A stretch of 64,000 bases of DNA from Flavobacteriales bacterium (GCA_016703105.1 JADJCS010000004.1:487-64486); one strand, 5' to 3'. Numbered from the stretch's first letter, positions 50,801 through 62,557 are shown. A program made the numbers and translations. Notes: generated from the letters alone by a model not told the origin.

Positions 50801-53800
50801 GGATGAAGAGCGCCTGAGGGTGGTAACGAACACCGGAAAACTCGGGATCTGGGATTGGGACATCGAAGCCGACACAATTACCTGGACCGACCCCGTCTAT
50901 GAAGTACACGGTGTGGTGAAGGGAGCCTTCGAACCGACCATGGCGGGGTATGCCGAACTGATCCACCCCGAAGATCGCGATAGGGTCACCACCGCGATCA
51001 AGAAGTCCCTGGAGGAAGATGCTCCATACGAGATCGAATTCCGTGCTAGGAACGCCTCCGGTGTGGTGCACTGGGTGTACACCAGCGGAGTGGTGCTGCG
51101 CGCCAATGGCCGACCCGTTCGCATGATGGGTGGAACCATGAACATCACCAGGCGCAAAGAGGCTGAAGAGGCCGCCCGTCGTTTGGCCGCCATCGTGGAA
51201 AGCAGCGATGATGCCATCATCTCCAAGGACCTCAACGGGATACTCACCAGTTGGAACAAGGGTGCGGAACGCATGTTCGGCTACACCCCCGAAGAGATCA
51301 TCGGCAAGCCCAATACGGTGCTGTTCCCGGCCGACCGCCAGGAGGAAGAGAAGCTACTCTTCGAACGACTGAAGCAAGGCGAGCACATTGAGCACTACGA
51401 GACCGTGCGCCTGCGCAAGGACGGTACGCCGCTGGATGTCTCCTTGGCATTGTCTCCTTTGAAGAACGATCGAGGTGAGATCGTCGGCGCGTCAAAGACG
51501 ATCCGGGACGTCACTGAAAGCAAACGTGCGCGTGAAGCCGTACGCGAAAGTGAAGAGCGTTTCCACCTGTTGGCGGACAGCATGGCGCAACTGGCGTGGA
51601 TCGTGGATGAGACCGGAAAGGCCATCTGGTTCAATCGCCGTTGGTTCGACTACACCGGTCTTGATGCGGAGGGCATCCGCGAGAACGTCGGGCGCAACGT
51701 GGTGCATCCGGACCATTCCGAGCGCATGATCGAAGCGCTGCGGCACAGCCTTGCGCAAGGCACGGACTTCGAACTCGTCTTTCCTTTGCGAAGGCACGAT
51801 GGTGAATACCGCTGGTTCCTTTCGCGCATGCTTCCCGTGCGGAACGAGGCGGGCAAGGTGGTCCGGTGGTTCGGCACCAACACCGATGTCACCGCCGAAC
51901 TTGCAGCCCGTGAGGAATTGCAACAGAGCGAAGAACGCTTCCGCTTGCTGGCGGACAACATCGGGCAGCTCGCCTGGATGGCCGAGCCCGCCGGTGACAT
52001 CAACTGGTACAACAAGCGCTGGTTCGAGTACTCCGGTACCACCTTGGAAGAAATGCGCGGCTGGGGCTGGCAGAAGGTCCACCACCCCGATCATGTCGAG
52101 GCGGTGACCGCCAAGTTCAAGGCGCACATCGAACAGGAGAAGGATTGGGAAGACACCTTCCCCATCCGCGGTGCGGACGGCCAATACCGCTGGTTCCTCT
52201 CCCGCGCCTTCCCCGTGCGCGACGAGCAGGGCAAGGTGGTCCGATGGTTCGGCACCAACACCGATGTCACCGACGAACGTGCAGCGCGTGAGGAACTGCA
52301 ACAGAGCGAAGAACGCTTCCGCTTGCTTGCTGACAATGTGAAGCAGTTGATCTGGATGGCTCCAGCGGACGGAAGCTCCATGTGGTTCAACAAGCGATGG
52401 CATGAGTTCACCGGCATGACCGGCGAGCAGATCCGCATGGATGCGAAGTCGCTCCACCATCCCGATCACTATGATCGCGCGATCAATTCATTGCGGGAGT
52501 GCGCCGCCAAGGGAGAGCCATGGGAGGATACCTTCCCGCTGAAGGGGAAGGACGGGAAGTACCATTGGTTCCTGGCCACGGCCATGCCCGTACACAACGC
52601 GGAAGGAAAAGTGGTCCGTTGGTTCGGCACCTGCACGGACATCACCACCGCGCGCGAGGCACAGGCGCTGATCTACGAGAACGAGGAACGCTTCCGCATG
52701 CTCGCGGACAATATGAGCCAGATGGCCTATGTGGCCGATGCCGACGGCCGCATCACGTGGGTGAACCGCCGCTGGACGGACTACACCGGAATGGGCGTGG
52801 AGGAGATGAACGACGGCGGCTGGAGCAAAGCGGTGGATCCAGCCCAGTTCGATGACATGGTCGCTTCCTACACCAGTGCCCAGCAGAAGGGTGATCCGTG
52901 GGAATACATTTTCCGCGTGAAGTCCACCACGGGCGAATACCGCTGGTTCCTTTCCCGCTCGGTCCCCATCCATGGTGAGGACGGCAAAGTGGAGCGTTGG
53001 TTCGGTACCAATACCGACATCACCGAACAGAAGCTGGCCGAAGAAGCCTTGGAGGAAAGCGCCAAACACAAGGACCACTTCCTCGCCACCCTCGCGCACG
53101 AGCTGCGCAACCCGCTCGCTCCATTGAAGAACGGCTTGCAACTGATGGAGCTGGCACCGGACGATCCGGAAATGCTGGAGACCACCCGTGCCATGATGGT
53201 GCGCCAGCTCGATCACATGGTGCGCCTGGTGGATGATCTAATGGACCTGAGCCGTATCAGCCGCGGAAAGATCGATCTGGTGAAGGAGCAGGTGCGGCTC
53301 GCCGAGGTGATCGGCACCGCCATGGAAACGAGCAAACCACTGATCGACCGGAACGAGCACCAGTTGAACGTGATCCCAGGCACCGAGGCCAACTCATGGT
53401 GCATGGCGACCGTGATCGCCTCAACCAAGTCGTATCCAACCTGTTGAACAATGCAGCGAAGTACACTCCGGAAGGAGGACGTATCGATCTGCTCATGCAA
53501 AGGGAGAACGATCAGGCGGTCATCCGGGTGAGGGACAATGGGATCGGTATCGAACCCGATGCGATCGGGCGGGTGTTCGACATGTTCGCACAGGTCGACA
53601 CATCGGGAACAACACGCCAATGGCGGCTTGGGCATCGGGTTGAACGTGGTGCAACGACTGGTGCGCATGCATCACGGCGAAGTGGAAGGCCGCAGCGAAG
53701 GCCTGGGCAAAGGCAGCGAGTTCATCGTGCGTCTGCCCTTGGTGGCCACGGTGGAATTGCCGCTGCGAACCGAAGTGGCGAAAGGTGACCCTGTCGCTGT

Positions 53801-54179
53801 CTCCAAGCGCCGCGTGCTGGTAGTGGACGATAACGAGGACATCGCCCTTTCCATGTCCATGATCCTGAAGAAGATCGGACATACTGTAGCTGTGGCGAAC
53901 GATGGCGAACACGCCGTGGCCATGGCCGAGTCGTTCCGACCGGATGTGATCCTGATGGACATCGGCATGCCCAGGATGAACGGCTACGAGGCCTGTGCCA
54001 CGATCCGCAAGACGGAACACGGCAAACGTATCCACATCATCGCCGTTTCCGGCTGGGGCCAGGAGGAGGACCGCAAGAAGTCGCAGGATGCGGGCTTCGA
54101 TGGGCATGTGGTGAAGCCGATGGAGAAAGCCACATTGGAGCGGGTGATCGCCGAGGCCAAGCCGCACGTGGGAGCCTAG
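47859..54179 (+). CDS. CheB methylesterase - CheR methyltransferase - coiled coil - PAS (about 8) - HisKA - HATPase - REC hybrid kinase, about 2100 aa. Two single-base frame breaks lie near 53391 (in an aa run) and near 53610 (in a ggg run).
   Basis: VVGIGASAGGLDA (CheB), TSFFRDPAFHKAL...LRIWVPACAGGEEVVSIAI (CheR), EELQSINEELETSKEELQSINEEF, repeated PAS S-boxes, DHFLATLAHELRNPLAP, NGGLGIGLNVV, VLVVDDNEDIALSM...LMDIGMP. Confidence 0.85.
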
Positions 54180-54395
54180 TCAGGAGCGAGGAACCACTTT
54201 CACACCTTGTCCGCTGTTGTGGCAGGCCATGCGCGCTGGCGGCACGGTACGCACAGGCCTACGCCCCCGGCGTTCGAGCGCTTCGTTCTTCGCAACTCCG
54301 TGGAACACAGACGACCGCGCGTCAGTGATCAGGGAAGCGCTGAACGGCACCGACATTGGCACTGCGTTCGAGCATGTCCGGTGCAAAGCACTGCC

Positions 54396-55478
54396 ATGTC
54401 GATCCCGCCACTACGCTCAACCGTCCTCCCGCTCTCGCTCCTCCTTTCGTTCGGTGCGTTCGCTGCCCGCGGTGTGCTGAAGGCCGATGGGATCATCCGC
54501 GTGAAGGGGGCCGACCTCCATAGCGCGACGGTGACGGTAGTGCCCGGCAATGCCGCTTCGTACGGGCTACCGGTCGGCTCCAAACACATTACGCTCGACC
54601 TGCCACTGGACGATGTGTACCTGATCAGCGTGCAACGTAAGGGTTGCCCCACCAAGGAGGTGTACTTCGATACACGCGTTCCAGTGGAAATGCACGGAAC
54701 GGAGTTCCAGTTCCCCTTCCAGGTCACCTTGGAAAGCCTGCCCCCTGAGCGCATGTTCGCTTACGAAGGCCCGGTAGGCTTCGTGCGCTACGTGCATGCG
54801 CTGAAGGATTTCGGCTACGAGACGCGGTACATCATACGCGTGGAGGAGGAGTTGAAAGAGCGCATGCGGTCGATCCGGGAGACCGGAGTGGATCCGAAGG
54901 TGCCAGCGCCGATCGCCTCCGCGATCGTGGTGGACCGCCCCCCGGGCGAACACAACGCGGCACTCGGGGTTGCTGTGGCCATGCAGGAAGGCACCATCGC
55001 CCCGATGGTGGGCCGTTTACCCCGCATGGTGCATGTGGTATCGTCGCGGCGCGGAACAGAAGGGAATACGGAAACGCGCGGATCGGACATCGTATCCCCG
55101 ATATCGCCGGTGATCACGGTCGTGCCCACCGCTACCCTGCCGGCACCGCGACCCCGCAGCGTGGAGGTGACCGCGTTAGCCCCCGTGCGAACCGTTTTGA
55201 AGCGCGATGCCGTTCACCTGGGCCATGCACCGGTCGCCCCGGTCCCCGATCAAGGAGGTACACCGAAAGCGGGCGCTCCGCTAGCGAGAGGGGAATTTTC
55301 GCGGACCGAGGAACTCATTTCCGAGCCCAGTCGCGTGACCCGCATCGTGCGGTTCACCGAACCGAACGGTGCCGTGCAGGAATACCGCAGGGTCACGCAT
55401 GCTTTCGGCGCGGTCTACTACTTCCAGGATGACCGCTCCATCACCGAACGTGATTTCGCCGAGGCGATCGCCCGCTGA
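54396..55478 (+). CDS. Secreted hypothetical protein.
   Basis: Signal peptide MSIPPLRSTVLPLSLLLSFGAFAARG. 360-aa intact ORF. Confidence 0.55.
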   Translation: MSIPPLRSTVLPLSLLLSFGAFAARGVLKADGIIRVKGADLHSATVTVVPGNAASYGLPVGSKHITLDLPLDDVYLISVQRKGCPTKEVYFDTRVPVEMHGTEFQFPFQVTLESLPPERMFAYEGPVGFVRYVHALKDFGYETRYIIRVEEELKERMRSIRETGVDPKVPAPIASAIVVDRPPGEHNAALGVAVAMQEGTIAPMVGRLPRMVHVVSSRRGTEGNTETRGSDIVSPISPVITVVPTATLPAPRPRSVEVTALAPVRTVLKRDAVHLGHAPVAPVPDQGGTPKAGAPLARGEFSRTEELISEPSRVTRIVRFTEPNGAVQEYRRVTHAFGAVYYFQDDRSITERDFAEAIAR

Positions 55479-55540
55479 GATAGGCTGGTACGTTGGCTCC
55501 GTCCTGAGACTGCCAAGGCATTGTCGTTGTGCGACACCCC

Positions 55541-55680
55541 CACACTCAGGGGGGACGACGCGGGGGGAGACAAAAAAGCGGAACACAACGGGGCACAAAA
55601 AAAACAGAGCCGGCGGGGAACAAGGAGGGGGGGAAAAAGGGGAGGAGGGGAGGGGGGAAAAGAGTGGCAACCTTGGAAGG
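55541..55680. repeat. Purine-only (G/A) low-complexity tract.
   Basis: ggggggacgacgcggggggagacaaaaaagcggaacacaacggggcacaaaaaaaacagagccggcggggaacaaggagggggggaaaaaggggaggaggggaggggggaaaagag. Confidence 0.9.
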
Positions 55681-56015
55681 CTCGCTACACGCACTGGCAA
55701 GCGCCGTTCTGCACGCTGCTTGGAGAGGATGATCGGCACACGATCCGCAAGTGCAAATGACGGTGACCAGCATTCGAACGCTCGGGAACCATCAGAGGAA
55801 GGGTCAACGACATCAGCGGGCACTCCGCCCTTCCCTGCCGTCCTTATGATGGGCTTTCCCTTCCCCCTGAGCACACGCCTGTTTCGGGAGGAAAACATTG
55901 GCGGGCCACCCTTGCACCGATTGCCCGTAACCCCACCAGATGAGCCCCGCAGCCACACCGCCCGCGCAACGCCTCCGAAGCTTTCACATGGGAGCGCGCC
56001 GTGGATGATCCGTGC

Positions 56016-56876
56016 TCAGCCGTTCACTATTTCACCACCGTTCGGGTGCAACACCTGACCTGTGAAGAACGAACCGTCCGCGCTGGCCAGGAACACATAG
56101 CTGGGTGCGATCTCCGACGGTTGCGCCGCGCGCTGCATGGGCGCATCAGAACCGAATTCCGCGACCTTCTTCGGCGGGAAGCTGGAAACGATCAGTGGTG
56201 TCCACACCGGACCGGGGGCTACGGCGTTCACGCGGATCCCGCGATCGACCAATGCCGCGGAAAGGGAGCGCGTGAAGGAGACCAATGCGCCTTTGGTGGC
56301 CGCATAGTCGATCAGCTGCGCACTTCCGCGATACGCGGTGACAGAGGTGGTCTGGATGATGCACGCTCCGCGTTCCATCACCTTCAACGCCTCCTGAGCC
56401 AGGTGGAAACACGCGAATACGTTCACCGCGAAGGTGCGTGTGAGCTGACGTTCGGAAATGGCCCCCAGTTCCTTCTGCGGCGTGTGCATACCCGCATTGT
56501 TCACCAGGATATCGAGCTGCCCGAAGCACGCCACGGTCTTGCGCACCGCGCGAACGCATGCCCCGCGCTCCGCGAGGTCGCCGGGCAACAGCAAGCACTC
56601 CCGGCCCTGTTCTTCCACCAACCGCTGCGTGGCGCGCGCATCGGTATGCTCCTTCCAATAGGCGATCGCCACGTCACAACCTTCCTGCGCGTACGCCACG
56701 GCCACCGCTCTTCCAATCCCGCTATCGCCTCCGGTGATAAGGGCCACCTTCCCCTTGAGGCGGCGATCGGGTTCCGCACGCACCGCGATCGGGAGCGGCC
56801 GCATGCGCTTCTCCGACCCCGGTGCCCGCTGTCGCTGCCGTGGCCGCACGGCGCGTTTCTTCCCTCCTTCCTGCAT
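56016..56876 (-). CDS. SDR-family oxidoreductase (YhdF/general-stress-protein-39-like).
   Basis: KVALITGGDSGIGRAVA...NNAG...YAATKGALVSFT. Confidence 0.85.
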   Translation of the reverse strand: MQEGGKKRAVRPRQRQRAPGSEKRMRPLPIAVRAEPDRRLKGKVALITGGDSGIGRAVAVAYAQEGCDVAIAYWKEHTDARATQRLVEEQGRECLLLPGDLAERGACVRAVRKTVACFGQLDILVNNAGMHTPQKELGAISERQLTRTFAVNVFACFHLAQEALKVMERGACIIQTTSVTAYRGSAQLIDYAATKGALVSFTRSLSAALVDRGIRVNAVAPGPVWTPLIVSSFPPKKVAEFGSDAPMQRAAQPSEIAPSYVFLASADGSFFTGQVLHPNGGEIVNG

Positions 56877-56878
56877 GT

Positions 56879-57298
56879 TCAGGTGGTTGGTGACCGATCG
56901 TGCTTCACTGCGATGCAGGTGGTGGTATGCGGCACCAGAAGCAATCGCTCCTTTGGAATACGTGCACCGCTCACACGGCAAATACCGTAGTTGCCAAGGC
57001 GTATGCGCTCCAAAGCGAGGTTGAGTTGCTTGATGAACTTCTGCTGCCGGGTGACCACCAACATCAATTCCTCGCGTTCCAGCGACGAGTTCCCCTCCTC
57101 CAGTCCCTTGTGCCCGGCGTACGTGTCCTCTGTTCCATTGGATGCATGATGGGACAGCGACTCCGAGGCCATTCGGAGGCCCTCCTCCGCAACGGAGAGT
57201 TTGGCGCGGATGATCGTTCCGAACTCCGCGAGTTCTTCCGCCGTGTAGCGGAACGTTACTGTTCGGTCGTTGCCTAATGTGTTCGTGGTGGTGCGCAT
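56879..57298 (-). CDS. DksA/TraR-family C4 zinc-finger regulator.
   Basis: C-terminal GNYGICRVSGARIPKERLLLVPHTTTCIAVK. Confidence 0.8.
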   Translation of the reverse strand: MRTTTNTLGNDRTVTFRYTAEELAEFGTIIRAKLSVAEEGLRMASESLSHHASNGTEDTYAGHKGLEEGNSSLEREELMLVVTRQQKFIKQLNLALERIRLGNYGICRVSGARIPKERLLLVPHTTTCIAVKHDRSPTT

Positions 57299-57512
57299 GG
57301 TTGCTAGCGTTCAGTCGGCGCCAGCATTGCGTATGTTATGCCAAATGGAGTCGATGAGCTACAGAGACTTGTCAGGCACTCGGATCGGGAAAAGATCTCC
57401 CCGGCCTGGGGAATGGGTTCGCGGCTTATCAACGGAAGTGTCGCTGGGTCAAGCGTACAAGGCGATCGGCCCATGGGTTGAAAGGACCGTGGGGAAACCC
57501 AAACCAAGAACC

Positions 57513-57998
57513 ATGAAAACCTATGCCTTCCTAAGTGTCCTGCTGCTCGGTGGACTCATGTTCACCGCCTGCGCCGATCCTGGCGATGCCACCGAAAAGA
57601 CGAACGACCAATTGAAAGAGAACCGCACCGAGATCAACGATGCGAAGACCGAGAACGCGGAACAATGGCGCGATGAGCGCACGGAGGCCATCAAGGAATT
57701 GCGTGAGCTACGCGCCACGCTGGAGAACCGTCAAATGCGCGAGCAGGAGCGTTTGAACGAAGGCATCAAGGATGCGGAGAAAAAAGCCGAGTGTCAGGCC
57801 ATCATCGCAGAACTCGGTACCAACATCGCCCGCATCGATGCCTCTCTCGCGAAAATGGAGACCAGCACCGCTACCGATTGGACCAATGTGAAGAGCGAAG
57901 CCCGGCAGACCGCTGACGATACCAAAACATGGTGGGAGCGTCAGAAGGAAATGGTCGACAAGAAGACCGATGCCGACAAAGACAAGGACGGTCACTAA
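57513..57998 (+). CDS. Lipoprotein, paralog of 21106..21606.
   Basis: Lipobox LMFTACADPG. The C-terminus WWERQKEMVDKKTDADKDKDGH matches the paralog. Confidence 0.75.
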   Translation: MKTYAFLSVLLLGGLMFTACADPGDATEKTNDQLKENRTEINDAKTENAEQWRDERTEAIKELRELRATLENRQMREQERLNEGIKDAEKKAECQAIIAELGTNIARIDASLAKMETSTATDWTNVKSEARQTADDTKTWWERQKEMVDKKTDADKDKDGH

Positions 57999-58131
57999 GA
58001 ATTAGGTAGGGCACTTTGGTGGAAGTCCCCTTAACCTGTGGACGGCGGCGGACCACTTCGGTGGTTCGCCGTTCGTTCTACAGAAAGCGTGGTCGATCCA
58101 CTCTATACAGCCAACAACAATACACCCACTG

Positions 58132-58425
58132 ATGAACGCCCAGACCCCACCGATGATGCGCGCTGACGCTATCCGAGCCGTTGAGCCCGATCCACCGACC
58201 ACGCCGGATCCGCCGGTGCATGAACCCCCACCCGCTCCTGCGCCGATCGAAGAGCCTGCGCCGGAGAGACCGGGTACAACGCCTTTGCCCGGCACTCCCA
58301 CCATTACACCCCAGGAGGTTCCCGCCTATCCCGGGCAACCGCTCCAGCCCGGAACCCAGCATCCCGCCGACCCCATCCCGCATCAGCCTGTGGGACAGTT
58401 GCAACTGATCGTTGTGAACGGATAG
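58132..58425 (+). CDS. Proline-rich hypothetical protein.
   Basis: 97-aa ORF. EPDPPTTPDPPVHEPPPAPAPIEEPAPERPGTTPLPGTPT. Confidence 0.3.
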   Translation: MNAQTPPMMRADAIRAVEPDPPTTPDPPVHEPPPAPAPIEEPAPERPGTTPLPGTPTITPQEVPAYPGQPLQPGTQHPADPIPHQPVGQLQLIVVNG

Positions 58426-58528
58426 GACGCTTCGCCTTGGGGCAAGGCGGCCCGAATAGAAAGTAGCGTGGCGGCGGTTCCATTCGTCGCACGTACCCGC
58501 GACACGCCAAAGACCACGACGCGATCGC

Positions 58529-59215
58529 ATGGATGAATGGCGGAACATACTGCTCGGCGAGGGGCGCACGTGGACCTTCCTGATCGAGTGCCTGGTGCGC
58601 ACCGTGGTGATGTTCACGGTGATGCTACTCCTGTTCAAGCTCACCGGCAAGAAGGAAGTACGGCAGTTCAGTACGCTCGAACTGATCGTGATCATCGGCC
58701 TTGGATCGGCGCTCGGCGATCCCATGATGCACCCGGATGCCCCGCTTCTGCCCGCGATCGTGGTCATTCTGGTGGTGTTGCTCCTCTACCGCGCCATGAA
58801 CCATTGGACGAACCACGCACCAAGGGTGGGCGAATGGGTGGAGGGTGTTGTGGTGAAGGTGCTCGATAACGGCGTTATCGATCGAAAGGCATTGGACAAG
58901 GAAGGTATCTCTGTGGAGGAGTTCTTCGGCGATCTGCGCACCAAGCATGTGGAGCACCTGGGCCAGGTGAAAGCCGCGCATGTGGAGGTAGATGGGGCGA
59001 TCAGCGTCTTCTTCCATGCGAAGGAGGATGTGCGCCCGGGACTTCCCATCCATGTGGGGTGGGAAGACGCGTTGCGTAGCCGCGCTGAACTACCTGCGGG
59101 GTCGGTGAGCTGTGGTCAGTGCGGTTACACCTCCACCAGGCTACCGACCATGTCCTGTGAACACTGCGGTGAAGACCGCTGGGCACCCGCTTCGGTATTC
59201 GAACGCGTGGCGTAG
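58529..59215 (+). CDS. DUF421/YetF-domain membrane protein with a C-terminal zinc ribbon.
   Basis: VMFTVMLLLFKLTGKKEVRQFSTLELIVIIGLGSALGDPM...CGQCGY...CEHCG. Confidence 0.8.
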   Translation: MDEWRNILLGEGRTWTFLIECLVRTVVMFTVMLLLFKLTGKKEVRQFSTLELIVIIGLGSALGDPMMHPDAPLLPAIVVILVVLLLYRAMNHWTNHAPRVGEWVEGVVVKVLDNGVIDRKALDKEGISVEEFFGDLRTKHVEHLGQVKAAHVEVDGAISVFFHAKEDVRPGLPIHVGWEDALRSRAELPAGSVSCGQCGYTSTRLPTMSCEHCGEDRWAPASVFERVA

Positions 59216-59228
59216 ATGCTCGGGTCGA

Positions 59229-60356
59229 TCAGGTTTTCCCCTTTCTAACGCTCCGAGGAAGCCGGAAAAGCGCGTGTTGGTTCTTGGGGTCATCGTCCCC
59301 CAATACATAACCAAAGGGCTCCAACCCCGGCACACGGTCGAAGATCACCTTCAACATAGCCGTGATGGGGATCGCGAGGAACATGCCCGGAATGCCCCAA
59401 AGCGCCCCACCGACCATAACCACGAGTATCGAAACCAAGGCATTAAGCTGGACCCTGGACGCAACCACATTGGGTACGATGAAGTTGTTGTCCAGGAACT
59501 GCACGAAAGCATACAATCCCAGCACCCAGAGCGCGGCCGTAGGTTCCAACGTGGCGAGGGCCACCACCATCGGAAGGATCGTGGCGATGATCATACCGAC
59601 ATAGGGGATCAGGTTCAACACGGCACCGATCACTGCGAGCAGCAATGCGTACTCCACCCCGATGAGCATCAATCCGACCCAGTTCAGCACCGTGACAATG
59701 GCGGCTTCGAAGATCAGCCCCACCAGGTAGCTCTGCACCACGCCTTTGGTCTGGCCCAATACATCGCTAACGGCGTCCTGTTCGTCCGCGGGGAACAGTT
59801 TTGAAATGAAGGTGATCAACAGCCGCTTGTACAGGAGGAGGAGGAAGGTGAATACCGGCAACAGGAAGAAAAATGCGAACAAGGTGCCCACGGTGGTCAA
59901 GGTCTGGCCGACGAAGGATCCGCCTTTGGCCATCCCTTCGTCCTTCACCTTCTCCACCGCATCCTTCACTTCGCTGCTCCGCATGTTGAAGACCTGCTGG
60001 GCCCAACGCTGTCCATCGCTCATCAGTGCGTCGAGCTTCTCCTTGAGCTGCGGCAGCGTTTCGCTGAAGTGCCCCGCCTGGGTGACGATGAAATATCCGA
60101 GCCCCGCCAACGTCACCATCGCCAATAGGACCGAAAGCGCAATGGCCAGGATACGCGGCACACGCATGCGGACCATGAAGTTGACCACCGGGTTCAACAG
60201 CATGGCCAGCAATAGCGCGAACAGGACCGGGACGATGATCGGTTCGGCGAAGGATAGCGCATAGAACAATGCGACCAGCCCGAGCATGATAATGCTGAGC
60301 TTCTGGTACTGCGGTTGGATGATCTTTCGCTTGTCGGTGGTGGTCGCGTCGGACAT
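59229..60356 (-). CDS. AI-2E family transporter, paralog of 30014..31138.
   Basis: IQPQYQKLSIIMLGLVALFYAL...DNNFIVPNVVASRVQLNALVSI. Confidence 0.85.
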   Translation of the reverse strand: MSDATTTDKRKIIQPQYQKLSIIMLGLVALFYALSFAEPIIVPVLFALLLAMLLNPVVNFMVRMRVPRILAIALSVLLAMVTLAGLGYFIVTQAGHFSETLPQLKEKLDALMSDGQRWAQQVFNMRSSEVKDAVEKVKDEGMAKGGSFVGQTLTTVGTLFAFFFLLPVFTFLLLLYKRLLITFISKLFPADEQDAVSDVLGQTKGVVQSYLVGLIFEAAIVTVLNWVGLMLIGVEYALLLAVIGAVLNLIPYVGMIIATILPMVVALATLEPTAALWVLGLYAFVQFLDNNFIVPNVVASRVQLNALVSILVVMVGGALWGIPGMFLAIPITAMLKVIFDRVPGLEPFGYVLGDDDPKNQHALFRLPRSVRKGKT

Positions 60357-60391
60357 GGGATGGTTCTGATCGTTTCGCTATGTGGAGGGGA

Positions 60392-62557
60392 TCATCCGAC
60401 TTCACCGGTCAACGGGTCGGCCTCGCGCAGCCAGTGCCGGTGCGCTGCGATGGCATTGATGAACGCCGGTGCGACGCTCTTCGCGCCACGACCGGTCACG
60501 ATCCCGGGTACCGTCTTCTCTTCCGATGCGGTAAGACCCCATACGTCCAACAGGTCCGCCGCGTCGCCCACGCAAACGATCGCTTTGCTGTGGCGGAACG
60601 CATCGCTCACAAAGTCCTTGGCATCGGGGAGCTTCATCCAGATGTTCTTTCCACCGACCACGGCCACGGCATCGAAAAGCACCGAGCTGGTTGTCATCAG
60701 CCCGTGGTCCACCGACAGTTTGTTCTTACCTAGGCCTAGATCCCGGTTGACGGGAGCGATGATCTTCACCACAGCCCCGTTGCGCTCCAATACCTTCTTC
60801 AATTCCGCGGCTTCAACAACGCCCTCATCGGTGACGAGCATCGCCACGCGCCGGGTCTTGATGGATCCCTTGATGGTGTCCTGCATGCTCAACGCGGCGG
60901 AGCGTTCCAGCGTCATCGGTTGATCGTATGGTTGCACGCTTTGCGGATCGGTATCCGCAGGTATGCTGTGGTTGAGCGGAAGCTCCACCTCCGGCACTGC
61001 GATACCGAACGCTTCGGCCACTCGCTCGGCGAGGTCTGCATCCACATAAGCGAGTTGCCCGATCATACGCTCGCGTACCGCGGGCACTTCCAGCTTGCCG
61101 AGTTCGAAGCGCAGCGCGTTGACCAAGTGGTTCTGCTCGTGCACGCTTTGGCTGCGGAAGAACAGCGCGGCCTGGCTGTAGTGATCGTGGAACTTCTCGC
61201 TCTTGCCGCGCACCTTCAAACCTTCCACCGGTTCCGGGAACGACGCGAAGCCGCCTTCCTTCATCATCGCCTGGTACGGACAGCCGCCTCCCAGCGTGTT
61301 GGGCTCGTAGTTCACGCGCCCGGCATTGATGGCGTGGCGCATGTGGCCATCGCGCTGGTTGTTGTGTACCGGAACGATCGGCCTATTGATCGGCAGCTCA
61401 TTGAAGTTGGCGCTTCCCAACCGCGAGAGCTGCGTATCGGTGTAGGAGAACAAACGCCCCTGCAACAAAGGGTCGTTGCTGAAGTCGATGCCGGGCACCA
61501 AGTGCGCAGGGTGAAAGGCCACCTGTTCGGTCTCCGCGAAGAAATTGTCAGGGTTGCGGTCCAAGGTCATCTTGCCGACACGCTGCACGGGTACCAGTTC
61601 TTCCGGGATCAATTTCGTGGGATCCAGCAGGTCGAAGGGGAACTTGTGTTCATCCTTGTCCTCCACGATCTGCACGCCCAGTTCCCATTCGGGGAAGTTA
61701 CCGCTCTCGATCGCTTCCCACAGGTCGCGCCGGTGGAAGTCCGGATCTTTGCCGTTGATCTTCGTGGCTTCATCCCAAGCCAACGAGTGAACACCGAGCA
61801 GGGGTTTCCAATGGAACTTCACGAAGCGGCCTTCCCCCTTCGCGTTCACGAAACGGAAGGTGTGCACGCCGAAGCCTTCCATCATGCGGTAGCTGCGGGG
61901 AATGGCCCGATCGCTCATCACCCACATGATCATGTGCATGCTCTCGGGCATCAGCGAGATGAAGTCCCAGAACGTATCGTGCGCGCTCGCCGCCTGTGGC
62001 ATCTCGTGGTGCGGCTCGGGCTTCACCGCGTGCACCAGGTCGGGGAACTTGATCGCATCCTGGATGAAGAAGACCGGGATGTTGTTGCCCACCAGATCAT
62101 AGATGCCTTCCTCCGTGTAGAATTTCACCGCGAAGCCGCGCGCGTCGCGAACAGCATCGGCACTGCCGCGTGATCCGGCCACTGTGCTGAAACGGACGAA
62201 CACGGGCGTGCGGCGGCCAGGATCGTGGAGGAACCCCGCCTTGGTAGCCGCGCTCATGGACTTGTATACCTGGAAGTAGCCATGGGCGCCGGAGCCGCGG
62301 GCATGCACCGCTCGTTCGGGAATGCGCTCGTGATCGAAGTGCGTGATCTTCTCACGCAAGAGATGATCCTCCAGCAGCGTGGGCCCGCGCAACCCGGCCT
62401 TCAAGCTGTTCTGGTTGTCATTGATCGGTAGACCCTGATTGGACGTGAGGACCTGGTCCGTACCGTCGGTGGTGTCCTTCAATAAGTCAGTGCGCTTTGC
62501 GTCCGCAGGGGTTCTGTTCGGTATGTTGGAAGCGCGATCGGAAGAACGTTTGGCCAT
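60392..62557 (-). CDS. katE: Large-subunit catalase (HPII-type) with a C-terminal DJ-1/PfpI-like domain.
   Basis: [23 protein letters not shown]...FDHERIPE. 721 aa. Confidence 0.9.
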   Translation of the reverse strand: MAKRSSDRASNIPNRTPADAKRTDLLKDTTDGTDQVLTSNQGLPINDNQNSLKAGLRGPTLLEDHLLREKITHFDHERIPERAVHARGSGAHGYFQVYKSMSAATKAGFLHDPGRRTPVFVRFSTVAGSRGSADAVRDARGFAVKFYTEEGIYDLVGNNIPVFFIQDAIKFPDLVHAVKPEPHHEMPQAASAHDTFWDFISLMPESMHMIMWVMSDRAIPRSYRMMEGFGVHTFRFVNAKGEGRFVKFHWKPLLGVHSLAWDEATKINGKDPDFHRRDLWEAIESGNFPEWELGVQIVEDKDEHKFPFDLLDPTKLIPEELVPVQRVGKMTLDRNPDNFFAETEQVAFHPAHLVPGIDFSNDPLLQGRLFSYTDTQLSRLGSANFNELPINRPIVPVHNNQRDGHMRHAINAGRVNYEPNTLGGGCPYQAMMKEGGFASFPEPVEGLKVRGKSEKFHDHYSQAALFFRSQSVHEQNHLVNALRFELGKLEVPAVRERMIGQLAYVDADLAERVAEAFGIAVPEVELPLNHSIPADTDPQSVQPYDQPMTLERSAALSMQDTIKGSIKTRRVAMLVTDEGVVEAAELKKVLERNGAVVKIIAPVNRDLGLGKNKLSVDHGLMTTSSVLFDAVAVVGGKNIWMKLPDAKDFVSDAFRHSKAIVCVGDAADLLDVWGLTASEEKTVPGIVTGRGAKSVAPAFINAIAAHRHWLREADPLTGEVG

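Noticed and set aside
50070-53216. Several minus-strand ORFs of 242-333 aa
   Set aside because: They are antisense to the giant CheB-CheR kinase and are typical high-GC shadow ORFs.
60920-62173. 417-aa ORF on the plus strand
   Set aside because: It is antisense to the catalase gene.
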